A DNA stretch of 49,206 bases, filler included, from Jimgerdemannia flammicorona (GCA_003990765.1; 2 parts of 2 records of this genome joined end to end with filler, not necessarily neighbours in it), one strand, 5' to 3'; positions 12,673 through 26,430 are shown, counted from the whole stretch's first letter. Translations and numbers: made by a program. Notes: generated by a model from the letters alone, not told the origin.

Positions 12673-13186
12673 GGGTGGTGGATGGATTGTGTGTACAGCC
12701 AAACAATTCTTGACAAGGCTCTAGAGGTCGCATGATTGCCATCATAATTTTTATGATAATTTTTCTGGACTCCCACATTTCCTCTTTCATTTTTTTTTTT
12801 TTTTTTTTAATTTCCTGGCCAACGACCCATGTACATATCAATGAACATTATATTTTCCTGATTGCACATCTTTCCAAACCTTCATGAGAGACGACGCGCC
12901 CTTTGGCTGGTGAAGGACATGCTTACTTTATATTCTCCGCCTACCACAACCCAAGCAATTCATCCATTGTAACCATTAGTCAACCCGTTGGAAGAAAACA
13001 TTGCACTCACACTCTAGAGCCCTCTCTTTAATAAACAATAAAATAAAAAAATCACAAGTTACAACCGTGAGGTTAACCATATGTAGGTAAGGTGGGGACA
13101 TCATTAAACCACCCTCTACTATCGTGGAGCCCACGTTGGCGCCAGCGCACCCACGACCCGCGTCCCACCCGACCCAAAGCCCTCCT

Positions 13187-13661
13187 CTAGTGGATGATAT
13201 CCTTGTACGTCTCCTTGTTGCGCGTGACGTCGTGCCAACGCTGCGTGCAACTGAAGCCTTCAAGATCTGTGGCGGAACGGAGGTGGATGGCAGCAAGAGA
13301 GAAAATAGGAGCACCGTGAGATGATGAACATGGATGAAAACATCTGTATCCATGAGATTATTACTATCCTCACGCCACAAAGGATGTTACTTTGCCTTCT
13401 CAGCCGACACCAGTGCGCTTAACCACACACTTCCCAACCAAACACCCGTACCCAACACATCCACCTCACGATCGAGTACCAAAATCGGCGTTCTTACCAA
13501 AGTTATCATTTGGGTTGCAATAGCACTTGGTGATCAGCTCCCGATCCGTGGGGCAGTGCATGAACGGCTCGTGCCTGTAGCCAATGTCGTTGAAGAAGTG
13601 CACCTCGGACCGGCGCAAGAACATGGCGACGGCGAGCGAATGGACGGGGGCGTCCCCCCAA

Positions 13662-13697
<36 letters not shown>

Positions 13698-15215
13698 TAT
13701 GAGGCGACGATTGATCGACAAGATATGTTAGTTCACATCTTCCCCACAATTATGCTGATTATATAAAAATATTGAAACAATGAAACCTACCGTTCGTAGA
13801 AGAATCCTCCCACGTGGTCGAGGTAGTTGAAGTACGACAAATATTGTTCTGATCGCAAGAACTTGATCGATCCGATCTATACAAATTTGGCATGAGCCAA
13901 AGGCATTCACACAAAGAAAACGTTAAATGAAATTCATTTTAGTGTAGTCAAATTTCACACAACTCATGAACGCAACCCCACCTGACCCTTCAAAAACGCC
14001 CCAAACAGACCCAGCCAACTATTCTCAAACTAGCACCCACTTCGAAATTGGACCAGAAGTGGCATCCGTTATAGCTCGCACTCTTATCTTCCGTGACCCA
14101 GTCCCAGAGGCTTCCTGGGTCGCTCTCCGGGAGGACATACTCCGGGTATTGGCGCATGTACTGGCGGGTAGTCTCCCAGAGGGTCGGGATAGTCTCACGG
14201 TATTCGTGGAGAGAGAGGGTCCAGCCTGGAAGAGGGTAGGGGAACGATATATTGCAAAATGCGGAAAGAGGACGGAAACAACGGTGTGAAAGGGAGGTGA
14301 TCACATAGATTGGCATCGCGCCGGGGACAAGTTTGGTGGCAAAAACGTACCATATTTCAGCTTGTTATCCGCCATGAACTTGAAGACGTCGTAGTCGAGG
14401 TCGCAGTAAAATTGGACGCTAGGTTCCACTCGCCAGTAGTAGTCGAACTGGTCGAGGAGAGGATGGCGGAAGAACCAGCCGGACTGGAACCTAGGCAATT
14501 TCGAGAGATGATCAGCGATTTGATAACACGATTAATTCGAATAAGTGATGCGATTGACGATCATTAAAAAGGTATTGTTGACGATATATTTGACTGATTT
14601 GATCTTCGACGTCAAATTTTTGGTATGCTAACCAGTCCCCCATATTTCGTGTAGTCCAACCCCCGCCACGTACCTGCACATGCGTCTATAGCTCAAACTA
14701 CCTCCATAGATAACCTTAGCCCTCTCCATATCTGCCCTCGCCTGGTCGGCCTTTGTGACGTTGATCCATTCTGGGTAATTCCACATTGGCCCATCGACCT
14801 TACCATAGTACGTTTTTCCGGACACTGTGGAAGTTGTCAACTCCTTGAATTCCTCTGTAAATTCGTCGTCGTTGAGGAAGACGTATGGGTAGTTATACTT
14901 CTTGTTGAACCTATCCTCGAGCTGGCGGAGGGAATATCGAATATTATACAAGTCGTGGTTGCGGACCAGTATGACGAAGACGGCCTTCACGGCGTGCGAG
15001 TTAGTCGCGGGTGGCCGTCTGGAGTGATCACCGATCGGGACGCGGCCGCTCAAGAGATCGTAGTCGACATCGTCATGGGTTGGATGCTTGCGAGAGGTGG
15101 GAGAACGGAAAGGGGACGCGGTACTGTCGAAGCTACCGGACAAGAGGTAGAAGGCGGTCACGGAGCAGAGGGCAAAGATGACGAGTGCGCGAAGGCTGCA
15201 CTTCCGGTTGGCCAT
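13187..15215 (-). CDS. Golgi alpha-1,2-mannosyltransferase, GT15 (KRE2/MNT1 family). Six exons: 15215-14674, 14490-14351, 14225-14041, 13876-13791, 13661-13498, 13266-13187
   Basis: Type II membrane anchor, then LEDRFNKKYNYPYVFLND, SYRRMCRFQSG, YYWRVEP, YNGCHFWSNFEI, GGFFYERWGDAPVHS. All introns are GT-AG and in phase. Confidence 0.95.
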
Positions 15216-15510
15216 TGTGGTGTGATGCCTAGGAAAGAAGGAGGGTCAATCATCCTTTCCACGGTAGCCGATTTTATTTAAGCTTAGGAGTCACGTTTCA
15301 AAATGAATAAAATAAATGACTCAAGCTTCCTTTTATATTTTAGAACGGTATCATCAACATGTATCTCTCTACCATACAATGCATAGTAGTTTCTAAGATT
15401 ATTTCAGCTCTGAGGGGTCCATCAGTCTTGGCGCGCCACATCTGCACCCTGAGACGCCGTGGCTTAGATTATCTATCGTTACCAAGCTTATTGTTAAGAT
15501 CAAAATGTCA

Positions 15511-16842
15511 GGCTCCTTTCTCTGCTACCTTACCAGTCACAAGGTTTGATAAGTAACCTTCTGAGTCTACTTTCCACAACTTATACCCCCTCTACCTCAG
15601 GTTGGTTTGCTGTACTTATTGCAGGGTAGTGGGAGAGAGACATTGGTGATGAGTTGTTTCTTTATCAGTATCAGATTGGTGTCTTTTTCACTTTTTGCAG
15701 TTTCTGGTATCTTTGGTTATATCTGAGGTATACCCATTTTAGTACAGTACTTTCTTCCTTTTGCCATCATCAACAAGGTGTCATGTCAAGTCCTTTGGGA
15801 CCACTGACACTTGAAAAAATTGGAATGATATAGAGAAGATTAGCATGGCCCCTGTATAAGGATGACACTATCTTCCTGAGTAGATAGCTCTATATGGGTA
15901 AGTTTCAATAAGATATCATCTCAATGTGTTATGGGCTGTATAGGGTATTGGCTGACCTTAGGTGTTAAGTGCTAGTATAAGTTATTTATAAGTTATTCAG
16001 TATCTGTAGTGAGGCTCTCTGAGCTTTGGCAAGCTTTCTAATAAGTATAGTACTGGCATAGATGACTGCTTTTTAGATATTATTAAGATAGGAAGGGAGA
16101 TGGCCATTATAGATAGAAGGAAGGGTGATTATAATAAATCAGTGGGGTACTAGGCTGGAGGTAGTTATTAGAGTTAGGGTAAATATTATCTCAGTAAAGC
16201 TTTTTAATTAACTGATAGAGAGTGGAATAGTATAAAGACTAGTATCTTAGCTATACTTAACTAAAACCAAGAGTTGATGTAGTAATGCAATTGAGGCCTA
16301 TAGGCTTAGAGAGTGAAATCTTCCTCATTTGGCTATATCTGACTAGAACTAGAAGCTGACATAATAATATGATTAAGGCTCACAAATTCAGAGAGTAGGA
16401 GTGGGGTCTTTTCTGACCCTAGCTTATGTATAAGTTCTTTTAGAGAGAGTTCTGTATATAAGTCCTTTACTCACTTATTTTGAATCTGCTTTACTTTCTG
16501 TTGATTAGTTGGGGAGTTTTTCTTTACCTCAGACTTTCTTTTGAGGTTCAAGAGACTATTCTTTATTCAGTCTTAGTACTACTAGATCTAATATATAGGT
16601 ATGCTCTCACATATATTTATAATGATTTAGTTCTAGTGAGCAGACAAGTTTAGTCTATATTGTAGGGGTCAATGTAGCTAGTATTCAACAGATATAGCTA
16701 GAGTAGTAGAACTACTGAACAATTTAATAGTCTAGGTTAATGAGGAGATAATATTTGATGGATGGTGAGAGAGAGTTTTGGCCTATATAGTCTAGGTTCT
16801 CTTTTAATAAAAATCTGTGGAACTATGAGTCCATTAAAAAAA
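15511..16842 (+). mobile_element. Non-autonomous poly(A) retroposon, copy B (contains the U6 retrocopy)
   Basis: Homologous to 8907-10511, with a short A tail. Flanked by a decayed 17-bp TSD: TTAAGATCAAAATGTCA (15494-15510) and TTAAAATCAAAATATTA (16843-16859). Confidence 0.85.
15785..15904 (+). pseudogene. U6: U6 snRNA retrocopy
   Basis: AAATTGGAATGATATAGAGAAGATTAGCATGGCCCCTGTATAAGGATGACAC is the U6 core with C>T changes, and the ACAGAG box is mutated. There is a 5' hairpin GTCC-TTTG-GGAC and a decayed 15-bp TSD (15770-15784 / 15905-15919). Confidence 0.92.
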
Positions 16843-18068
16843 TTAAAATCAAAATATTATAATTATTTTAAACAATAGTTTATTTATTAAAATTTTAATA
16901 TAAATATTGTAAATAACATTGACATTAAATCTTTAAAAATATATTAACTATATTTATAATAAATATATAATAAATAAAGATAATAAGAAGACTAGTTATA
17001 AAAAAAATACTATTATTTATAATAATAAAATCTAGTTATATATTTATTTAAACAGGTTAACAATTTAAAAGTGATAATGAAAAACTGAATAATAGGTAAA
17101 TGTATTATTCTAAATACAAATTATTATCTCTAGCTCAATATTTTAAATTTAAATTAATTAAATATAATATTACTAAAGTAAAAATTGAAAAGCTTGAGAT
17201 ACTCATTATATTGTAAATTGGTCAAAGGAATAATAATATTTTTATTTAAAAAAGTATTAAAATATCTTATATCACATTCTTAATTTTGAAAAAATAAACA
17301 AGAAGGTATATTTTCTTGCCTTTCTCCACCACAATCACAGCAGACATTGCCACATCCTCTTGCCATCATTAAAAACGTTGCCGCACGATTGTGAGCTATT
17401 GTTTTTCAACCTATGCCTTAGCCAACTGACGAGCCCTTTAGACAAGGACGATAAAATCTTTGTGTTCTTTATATACGTCACGGTATCCGCCGGCGGAAAG
17501 GTCCGCTCTTACCCGCACGCCAGTAAGCGCACAAAACATAATTATGTAAAAGTAATGCACGACGGCGTGGAAATGGAAAGACATTTTACTGCAGTGGGAA
17601 GGATGAGACAATGTGGTTGTGAAAGGCCGTGGTAACGTGTTCCGGGGGTGAAACCAAGCGTGTTATGCGACCTATAAGTCTCGGACGGGAATGACTTTGG
17701 GATGTCGGCCGCGGTTATTTGTCTTGCAGCACATTCACGATTACTATTTCTCCCTTCCGTGAAGCCTGAAACTTGGATGGTATTCCGGACAGAGCAAGCA
17801 ATATTGTCCAGTGTAAACGGTCGGGAATCAAAAGTGATCCGAGTATTTGCCAAGTGAATTAAACAGTGGGTGGTTGACTGTTGACTGGCAGGTAAATGAG
17901 AGAGGGTAGGTTTTGTGCGGTTCTCATAATCGACGCACAGCGCTTTCACATGTTGACGATCCACATTGGACACTCCACAAATGAACGATAAATAGACATT
18001 GTCAAATCCGCCCGTCATAAAATAACCGCGATTAACTATATCATTATTCGTATATGAAAGGGTCCATA

Positions 18069-19484
<1,416 letters not shown>

Positions 19485-19883
19485 TTTGTTTTCGGATCGC
19501 GGATGGTGGGGTGGATTGAAAGTGATTATTTGGCAGGTCAGGGGCTCGGGGAACAGGCCCTTCCGGGCTTTCCGGGCTTTCCGGGCTTTCCGGGCTTTCT
19601 GGGCTTTCCGGGCCTTCCGCCTTTCCAGGTTCCGGAGAGGGAGCAGTGGGTGGTGACGTTAGCGTGCTCGGATTCACTGAAAATTATTTTTCGTGTCTGC
19701 ATAAGGGATGCCCACTTGCAGCCGAGGTGTCCTCCCCACGTTTTGATGCTCATAGTCCGTTTGCTGCTCAAAACCCCCTCCTCCTGCTACACCCCTCCTT
19801 CCCTACACTCTTATTTCACCACCCCTCCTTCCCTACCCTCCTTCATCAGACACTTCTCCCTCTGCTTTCAACCTCGTGCCAGA
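19485..19883. promoter_or_regulatory. Putative bidirectional promoter between URA6 and OLA1
   Basis: The two start codons are head-to-head, 400 bp apart. Confidence 0.65.
19561..19614. repeat. Tandem 9-mer (TTCCGGGCT)x6
   Basis: Read directly; two units carry one mismatch each. Confidence 0.95.
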
Positions 19884-22718
19884 ATGCCCCCCAAGAAGGT
19901 CGTCAAGGAAGAGAAGATCCTGTTAGGTCGTCCTTCGAATAACTTGAAAATTGGTGTTGTTGGTCTGCCAAACGTTGGGTAAGTCGATGGACGTAGCGGT
20001 TTGCAAGGTGTTTTGGACAAAATCTACGTGAAAACCGCAACTTACGCGCTCGCATTGTGCCTTGTCATCCACCTTTGATTATTTCTTCCGAAATACGCGC
20101 CGCTTCGTATAGCAAGTCCACTTTCTTCAACGCTATCACCAACAGCGCCGCCGCCGCCGAAAACTATCCCTTCTGCACGATTGGTAATTACAGTGCATAC
20201 CGTTTATTCTAAAGAGAGATACCATGTAAACATGCTTCGGAATTCTCACGACTCGGATTACACTCTCGACGTGCAGATCCCGAAGAGTCACGTGTTGCTG
20301 TTCCCGATGCTCGCTTTGACTGGCTCTGCGAACATTACAAGCCCGCGTCCAAGGTTCCCGCGTATGTGAGTAGTTCCGCGACATTTATTCACTCACATCT
20401 GCCAACCAACGCACTCTTAACCCACAATTCTCCTTACTAGCTCACTGTCATCGATATCGCCGGCCTTGTCAAGGGCGCCGCGACCGGCGCCGGCTTGGGC
20501 AACGCTTTCCTTTCACATGTGAAAGCCGTCGACGCCATCTTCCACGTGGTGCGCGGCTTCGATGAAGCCGACGTGATTCACGTTGAGGGCGAGATCGACC
20601 CCATCCGCGACCTCGAGATCATTCACGAGGAGCTAAGGCTCAAGGACGAGGAGTTTTTGACCAAGCAGCTCGCCGAGCTGAAGAAGGGCCTCGTGAGGGT
20701 TGGTGCGGGCGGTGGCGCGGGAGATAAGGCCAAGAAGGAGGAGTATGTGCGTAGGGGGGGGGGGGGGGGGATGTTGGGAATGCTTGTTGCCGTCGTATGG
20801 TTCGGAGCAGATGGGGGGTGGTATGTAGCCCCTTGTATGTCCCCGTTACTATGAAGGCTAACGCATTCATGCACGCTCTCGACTTCCTCTAGGAAATTGT
20901 CCAGAAGGTCACCAACTACGTCGTTGAGGAGAAGAAGGATGTCCGCAAGGGTAACTGGAACAATAAGGAGGTTTGTGATTTTCTTGGAGCGTTTTCCTGC
21001 ACCATTTCCTCGGCCCCATTTTCGTTGCGAGCAGTCATTTTTATCCCCGCCATCTCTATGCCTTACCGATCTCATTCAATACATCACGATAGGTCGAGGT
21101 TATCAACTCCTTGTTTCTGATCACGGCCAAGCCTGTTATCTATCTTGCTAATGTCAGCGAGAAGGATTATATCCGCAAGAAGAACAAGTGGTCAGTGTTT
21201 TTTTTTTTTTTTTTTTTTTTTGGAGGGGGTTTTTTTTTTTTTTTTTTTTTTTTGGAGGGTTTTTTTTTTTTTTTTTTGTCTTTCGACTGGCACCGGGCAG
21301 CATATAAATAAATTCGACATAGAAGGAGTAGTGATAAAGGAGATCTATTTCAAATGTGATATAAACCGAGGATATACAGGATAAGAAAATCAATTGGTAG
21401 TATTTTTAAATTTGGCAATGGCAATCTTGGTCTTACTCGATTTCGATTACATATTCCTCTCAGGCTCCCGAAGATCAAGGCATGGGTTGACGCAAATAAT
21501 CCGGGCGACCTGCTGATCCCCTTCTCGGGCGTGCTAGAACATAAGGTGTGTACCTGAGACACGGGGCAAGGGGTGGAGTCGCAATTGTGATCTGATCTGG
21601 CATTACGAGATGATGGAAAAGTCGTTGCGTTGGATGCGGGCAGTGGGTTTGGAGGAGTCGGTTCCGGTAACCCTGATATACGGTGAATCCATGAATCCCG
21701 CTTCTGATCGTTCCACATTGATCTCTTTCACCCCAAACTAGCTTTCGCTAATGCCCGCCGAGGAACGTGAATCACTCCTTAAGGAGCTCGGTGCTGTCTC
21801 GGTGCTGCCCAAGATTATCGTTGCGGGCTACCAGGCGCTGCAGCTCGTCTACTACTTCACCGGTGGTGCGGATGAGGTTCGCGCGTGGACACTAAGGGTA
21901 TGTAGTCGATTGCCAACTTGATGGCGTTTCGGAGAGGCGAACGTGTAAATGTCGGGAGGGACGAGATGCACATCGTCTCTGGATCGTGTTTAGAATGTTT
22001 TTGTATCATGATGGTGGAAATGCCCCTTTGTTCGCGATGTTGGGATCGACATTCGCTTTCTTTTATCATGCCTCGTCTCGTAGAAAATGACGAAGGCTCC
22101 TCAAGCCGCCGGTGTCATCCAGTGAGTCTTTGCTCTCCAATTCTTCTTTGACGGAGGCATATAGACGTTTTTTGATGTTCATTTCTAATTCCAATCCTTC
22201 TTTCGGTGGTACTCTTAGCACGGATTTCGAGCGCGGTTTCATCATGGCCGAAGTGATGAAGTACGACGACCTCCACGAGCTGGGCACGGACGCCGCTGTG
22301 AAGGCTGCCGGCAAGTACATGCAGAAGGGCAAGGAATATGTGGTGGAAGATGGCGATATCATCTATTTCAAGGTGGGTTGCTGGTTGGCGAACCGTTTTT
22401 AGGATGGCGAAGAGTGATTTGTGCTGTATTTCGAGGTGATGAGTGAGGAGATCGGTGGAAGCGGATGTTGAACATCTCTCGATTTGGTTGAAGGGTTATC
22501 ACATGAATAATATATTGTGAGCTTGTTCGAACTCATTATCTCATACCCATTCTTCCGTCCGATGCCTGTCCGCAATTGATTACAGTTCAATGGTAAGCCA
22601 CTTTGATGCATCGTTGGATCGTTTTACGTCCCATCAAAACCAAACCTACTGATCTCTCATATCTTCTTCGCATTTATGTCCATCTACCACAGTTACCGCC
22701 CCGGCCAAGAAGAAGTAA
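19884..22718 (+). CDS. OLA1: Obg-like ATPase 1 (YchF). Twelve exons: 19884-19978, 20113-20183, 20277-20365, 20441-20746, 20893-20970, 21093-21190, 21464-21545, 21742-21897, 22084-22121, 22219-22372, 22586-22592, 22693-22718
   Basis: [86 protein letters not shown]. Confidence 0.96.
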
Positions 22719-23843
22719 ACTCGCACGACCTTGTGAGAAGTTTTTGACCAATCGATTCCGGATTGGGAAACACCATTTTGTACGTTATTATTAGGAACAA
22801 TAAAAAAGGAAGCCAGAGATCTACTGGTTAAGTTGCGCTGGAGAATATAGTGCTCTGATTAATACCTAGTCTTGGTCGTTTGTTGACTTCTCAATTCTGT
22901 CTTACACCACCATCAACCTGCCCCAAAGCGGGATACCGTGATGACGACAACCAAAATGGAGTGCAATTGGTACACAAGAGAATGGCATCCAGATACGAGG
23001 CTAGCTGCTACACCTTGATATTGCGGAGCAGGCGATCGGCCTGTCGAAGGTGAAGAGCTTGGCGGGAAGAGCGGGCGATCCGCGGTGAGGCCGATGGCGA
23101 GCGTGGTGGAATGAGACGGGCAAGGCCGGCGTGGAGGATAGCTGGAAAAATGTTCGACCATGGGTGACCGAGACTGGATGCCCATGACGACGAACGTTTG
23201 ACGGAAGACGCGCGTGAAATAATGTCCTTGATGTTTCGTTTTGCATCAGGCTTTGAAGTTGCGCCCGCTTTTCTCGGCAGATTTCTTATTTCGCAAAGAT
23301 AAATTTTCGGAAGTCTAGGCCAACTTTCTCGGTCTCCAATTCACGAAAAAAAAAAAAAAAAGCATCCCCTGTTATTGCCAGCAAAACTCGAGAGAGATTG
23401 GAATAAATACTAAATATATTTCAAGGCTTCGCTTCAAACAAAGGAGAACCTTCGTTTATATTTTGATTCAGATCAATTTTCGGAAATGAATTATGGGAGA
23501 TTAATACTACGATTAGTGTTCATTCGAATATAATAGATTCATTAGGAATTCCATGGTAATCAATGCATACAACTTTAACAACAGAAAGAAGTAAACATTA
23601 GGTTATAAATAAAGAAGGGAGTAAAGGAGGAAATCAAATAGGGGAGAAATAAAAACAAAACCTAGGGATAAGTTTTCTGCACACGGTTCAATTATCCTCA
23701 TCACTATCCGCGACATCTTCAACCTCCCCTTGACGTCGTTTCAAAACGATATCTTTTGATATTTTCCTGTTATTTTGAGTAGGAATGATTTTTCACGTTA
23801 GAATAAAGATGAAGGAAAAAGTATAGAAATGAATACAGAAGTG

Positions 23844-24472
23844 TCAATAACGAATATCAATATACCTTAGCCTACTCAAAAATTCTCCCGTCTTTTCCTT
23901 CGCACCCAGCCTTCGCCATTCCTCCAGCAACCGACGAGCCCGATCCGCCTCGTGACCAGAATCTTCCTGCTTCGCTCTCGCTACTGGACTCAGTTCGATC
24001 TCCTTTGCACACCGCGGACTATTTCCATCCTTCTCCGACCGCGTCGACCTTAGACCGGGTCTGGGTGACGTCGACGTTGACCGGTTCAGTATGGGATCCC
24101 AGGCGCCGTACACAGACGCCGATCGGCTTGGCACTGGCTCCCGACCCACAAACATGGATGTCGACCGGCTCAGCATGGGCTCTCGTGCCACGGACGACGA
24201 CGTCGACCGGCTCGGCGCGGGTCCGCGACCCGAACTCGCCTCCAGCGCCTCGACCCACGTCGTCAGCAGGCACCACCAGATCGTGCCAGCCAGCCGGGCC
24301 ACATCCGACCGCAGCCGGCCCTTGGACGGGTCGGCGAAAAACGTCATCGGGTGCGAGATCTCAAACCGGTAGCTGCCCTTGTATCGTACGAACTGCCAGA
24401 CGAGGCCCGTGTAGATGATGCCGCAGATGGCGGGGAGGTGGAGGCCACGTGCTTCGTTCTCGCAGTGGGCAG
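23844..24472 (-). CDS. 3' exon of a gene cut by the gap, with a restriction-endonuclease-fold-like C-terminal motif and 14-aa repeats
   Basis: Acceptor ACACAAG after a poly(A) run, then an open frame AHCENEARGLHLPAICGIIYTGLVWQFVRY...EISHPMTFF that continues into the 167-aa ORF. The region is CpG-rich like the other genes. Confidence 0.55.
24050..24230 (-). repeat. Degenerate 42-bp coding repeat (xSRSTS..xREP), about 4 units
   Basis: GTCGACCGGCTC recurs at 24160 and 24202. Peptide units are PSRSTSSSVAREPM, LSRSTSMFVGREPV and PSRSASVYGAWDPI. Confidence 0.75.
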
Positions 24473-24520
24473 CTTGTGTAAGAGAAAAGCGTGAGATGAG
24501 ATTGGGGGTACATGATGTGG

Positions 24521-24555
<35 letters not shown>

Positions 24556-24655
24556 NNNNNNNNNNNNNNNNNNNNNNNNNNNNNNNNNNNNNNNNNNNNT
24601 TAATTAATTAANNNNNNNNNNNNNNNNNNNNNNNNNNNNNNNNNNNNNNNNNNNN
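24556..24655. other. Artificial assembly gap / contig linker
   Basis: N run, then TTAATTAATTAA (stops in all six frames), then N run. Confidence 0.95.
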
Positions 24656-26430
24656 AAATACAATAAACCCACCCCCTAACCAATCCCCCTAGGGGGGCCC
24701 CTCCCCCCTACCCCTTCTCGATGAAACACCACTCTATTGAATATAATTCCCACCCTCCCACCACTCTGTTCACATATCCTTACCACCAAACCATGCTGCT
24801 GCCCCCCTGAGGGACCCCAACCTATCTACCATCCTGTCAACAGATCCCCCAACAGCTCCTCCCACCTTACAACCTTCTCCTGCAGGCTCATCTGCTGCCT
24901 CTCCTCAAACACAAATAGCCAATGTCCTGCCAGACCCACCCAAACTGCTAACACCCACCCAACAGTGAGCCAACTATCACCCACCCCCCCCACCAGCCGA
25001 GATCTCAAGGCCTCCCAGTGATCCCCTTCACCTGCTGGCCTGTGCTCCACACCTAGTCTATTCCCTATCTCAACCCAAAAGTCCCCCAAAACCTCACACT
25101 CCCCCAGCCAATGTTCTGGCATCTACACCAAACCCCCAACTTGCTCTACATTGTAACACTCCTCACAATCAAAACAGCCACCATCCACCAGATGCCCAGT
25201 GTGGAAATTCAGCATGATGTTCCTCCACAGCATTTGCCACCACACCACCCAGTACCTGGGGGGAAGCCACCACTACACCTCAGTGCTCCAAGACCAGACA
25301 CCAGCCCAGTCCCACTCCTCACCAATCCCAACCACAACCCTGCCCACTATAACCCCCTTCTCCATGACAGCCAGTAATGCTTCTTTTTCCTTAAACCCCA
25401 CCTTGACCCCTTCTTTCCTCTTCAAAAACTTCACCGATGCTGCCCCTTTCACCTCCTGTACCACTAGCCCCAAGATCATCCTTGCAGTCACTACCAAGCC
25501 CCTGAAACACATTGTGATGGTGAATTCTGACCTTGATTTCTTAAGTAACAGTGCTGATACCATGTCTGTCACCCCATCCACCAGGTCCCTGGGCCTTGTG
25601 CCCACCCCCTGTCCTGAACCAGCCACTGCCATCGGATCTGGATTTTTTTCCAGATCCCCCATCACAGCCCTATCAGCAGTCATATCTCTAGCCCCTACTC
25701 CCCCCCCTCCCCTACCATCAGATACTCCCCTGGGCACTCCTCCCTGCCCCCAGCAGCAGCCGTCAATGCCTTCCCCAGGCCCAGTCAAATATCCAGACCA
25801 GAGGCCATTCTCCCCATCTTGACCTTGTCAGCAAAGGTCGACCTCTCCCCTCCTTGCTGTCTCAGGCTGCCCTTCCCTCCACCACCAGAGCCTTGTCCAG
25901 CCATTGAGGTCCCTGGCATCCCCAAACCTAGTGCTCCCAAATGAGTCAAATCAATTCAAATCAAATCAAATTGAGGGTTAAACAAGTCGAATCGAATTGG
26001 GGATTTTTCAATTCGAATCAATTTGAATCAAATCAAAAGTCGAATCAAATTGAAGGTCTAATTCCAACCCTAATTTTCAAAATGCGATAACTCAGCATAA
26101 ACCCATCCAAATCTAATGTACTTTAGCTTGTTAGAATCACATTTATACAATAAATCTAACAAGCTAAAATACATTAAATTTGGATGAGCTTTCGTCGAGT
26201 TATTACATTTTGAAAATTAAGGTTCAAATCAAACTTTGAATCAAATTGGACCTTTGATTCGATTCAAATCAAATCGAATTGGACCCTTGATTCGATCGAA
26301 TCAAATCGAGTTTGGGCCAAATTCAATTCAATTCAATTCGTTGGGAGTACTACCCAAACCATCTCCCCTCCTCCCCACTTGCTACCAGCCAAAGGCACCA
26401 CCTCCCCACTGGCCAGCACACTCACTAGTT
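24656..26430 (-). mobile_element. 3' part of a diverged L1-clade element, interrupted by a hAT MITE
   Basis: 25210-25270 aligns with 37525-37580 (PPRYWVVWWQMLWRNIML vs PPKFWVVWWRFL*RNVML). It shows the same C-rich strand skew and CpG loss. Confidence 0.7.
25929..26352. mobile_element. hAT-type MITE, copy 2 (opposite orientation to copy 1)
   Basis: TIRs TAGTGCTCCCAA / TTGGGAGTACTA and 8-bp TSD CCCAAACC (25921-25928, 26353-26360). Confidence 0.93.

Noticed and set aside
15785..15904. Functional U6 gene
   Set aside because: The ACAGAG box and internal stem are mutated, and it sits in a TE with a TSD.
17360..18018. ORFs downstream of URA6
   Set aside because: No recognisable motifs or exon structure; probably UTR or intergenic.
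21191..21280. T-run/GGAGGG repeats and poly-F or poly-K ORFs (also 8828-9022 and 13534-13766)
   Set aside because: Homopolymers in introns or poly(A) tails, with lengths possibly artefactual.
22373..22585. Intronic C/D snoRNA (GTGATGA) in OLA1
   Set aside because: No downstream CTGA D box or terminal stem.
24600..24611. TTAATTAATTAA palindrome
   Set aside because: Synthetic six-frame stop linker inside N runs, not biological.
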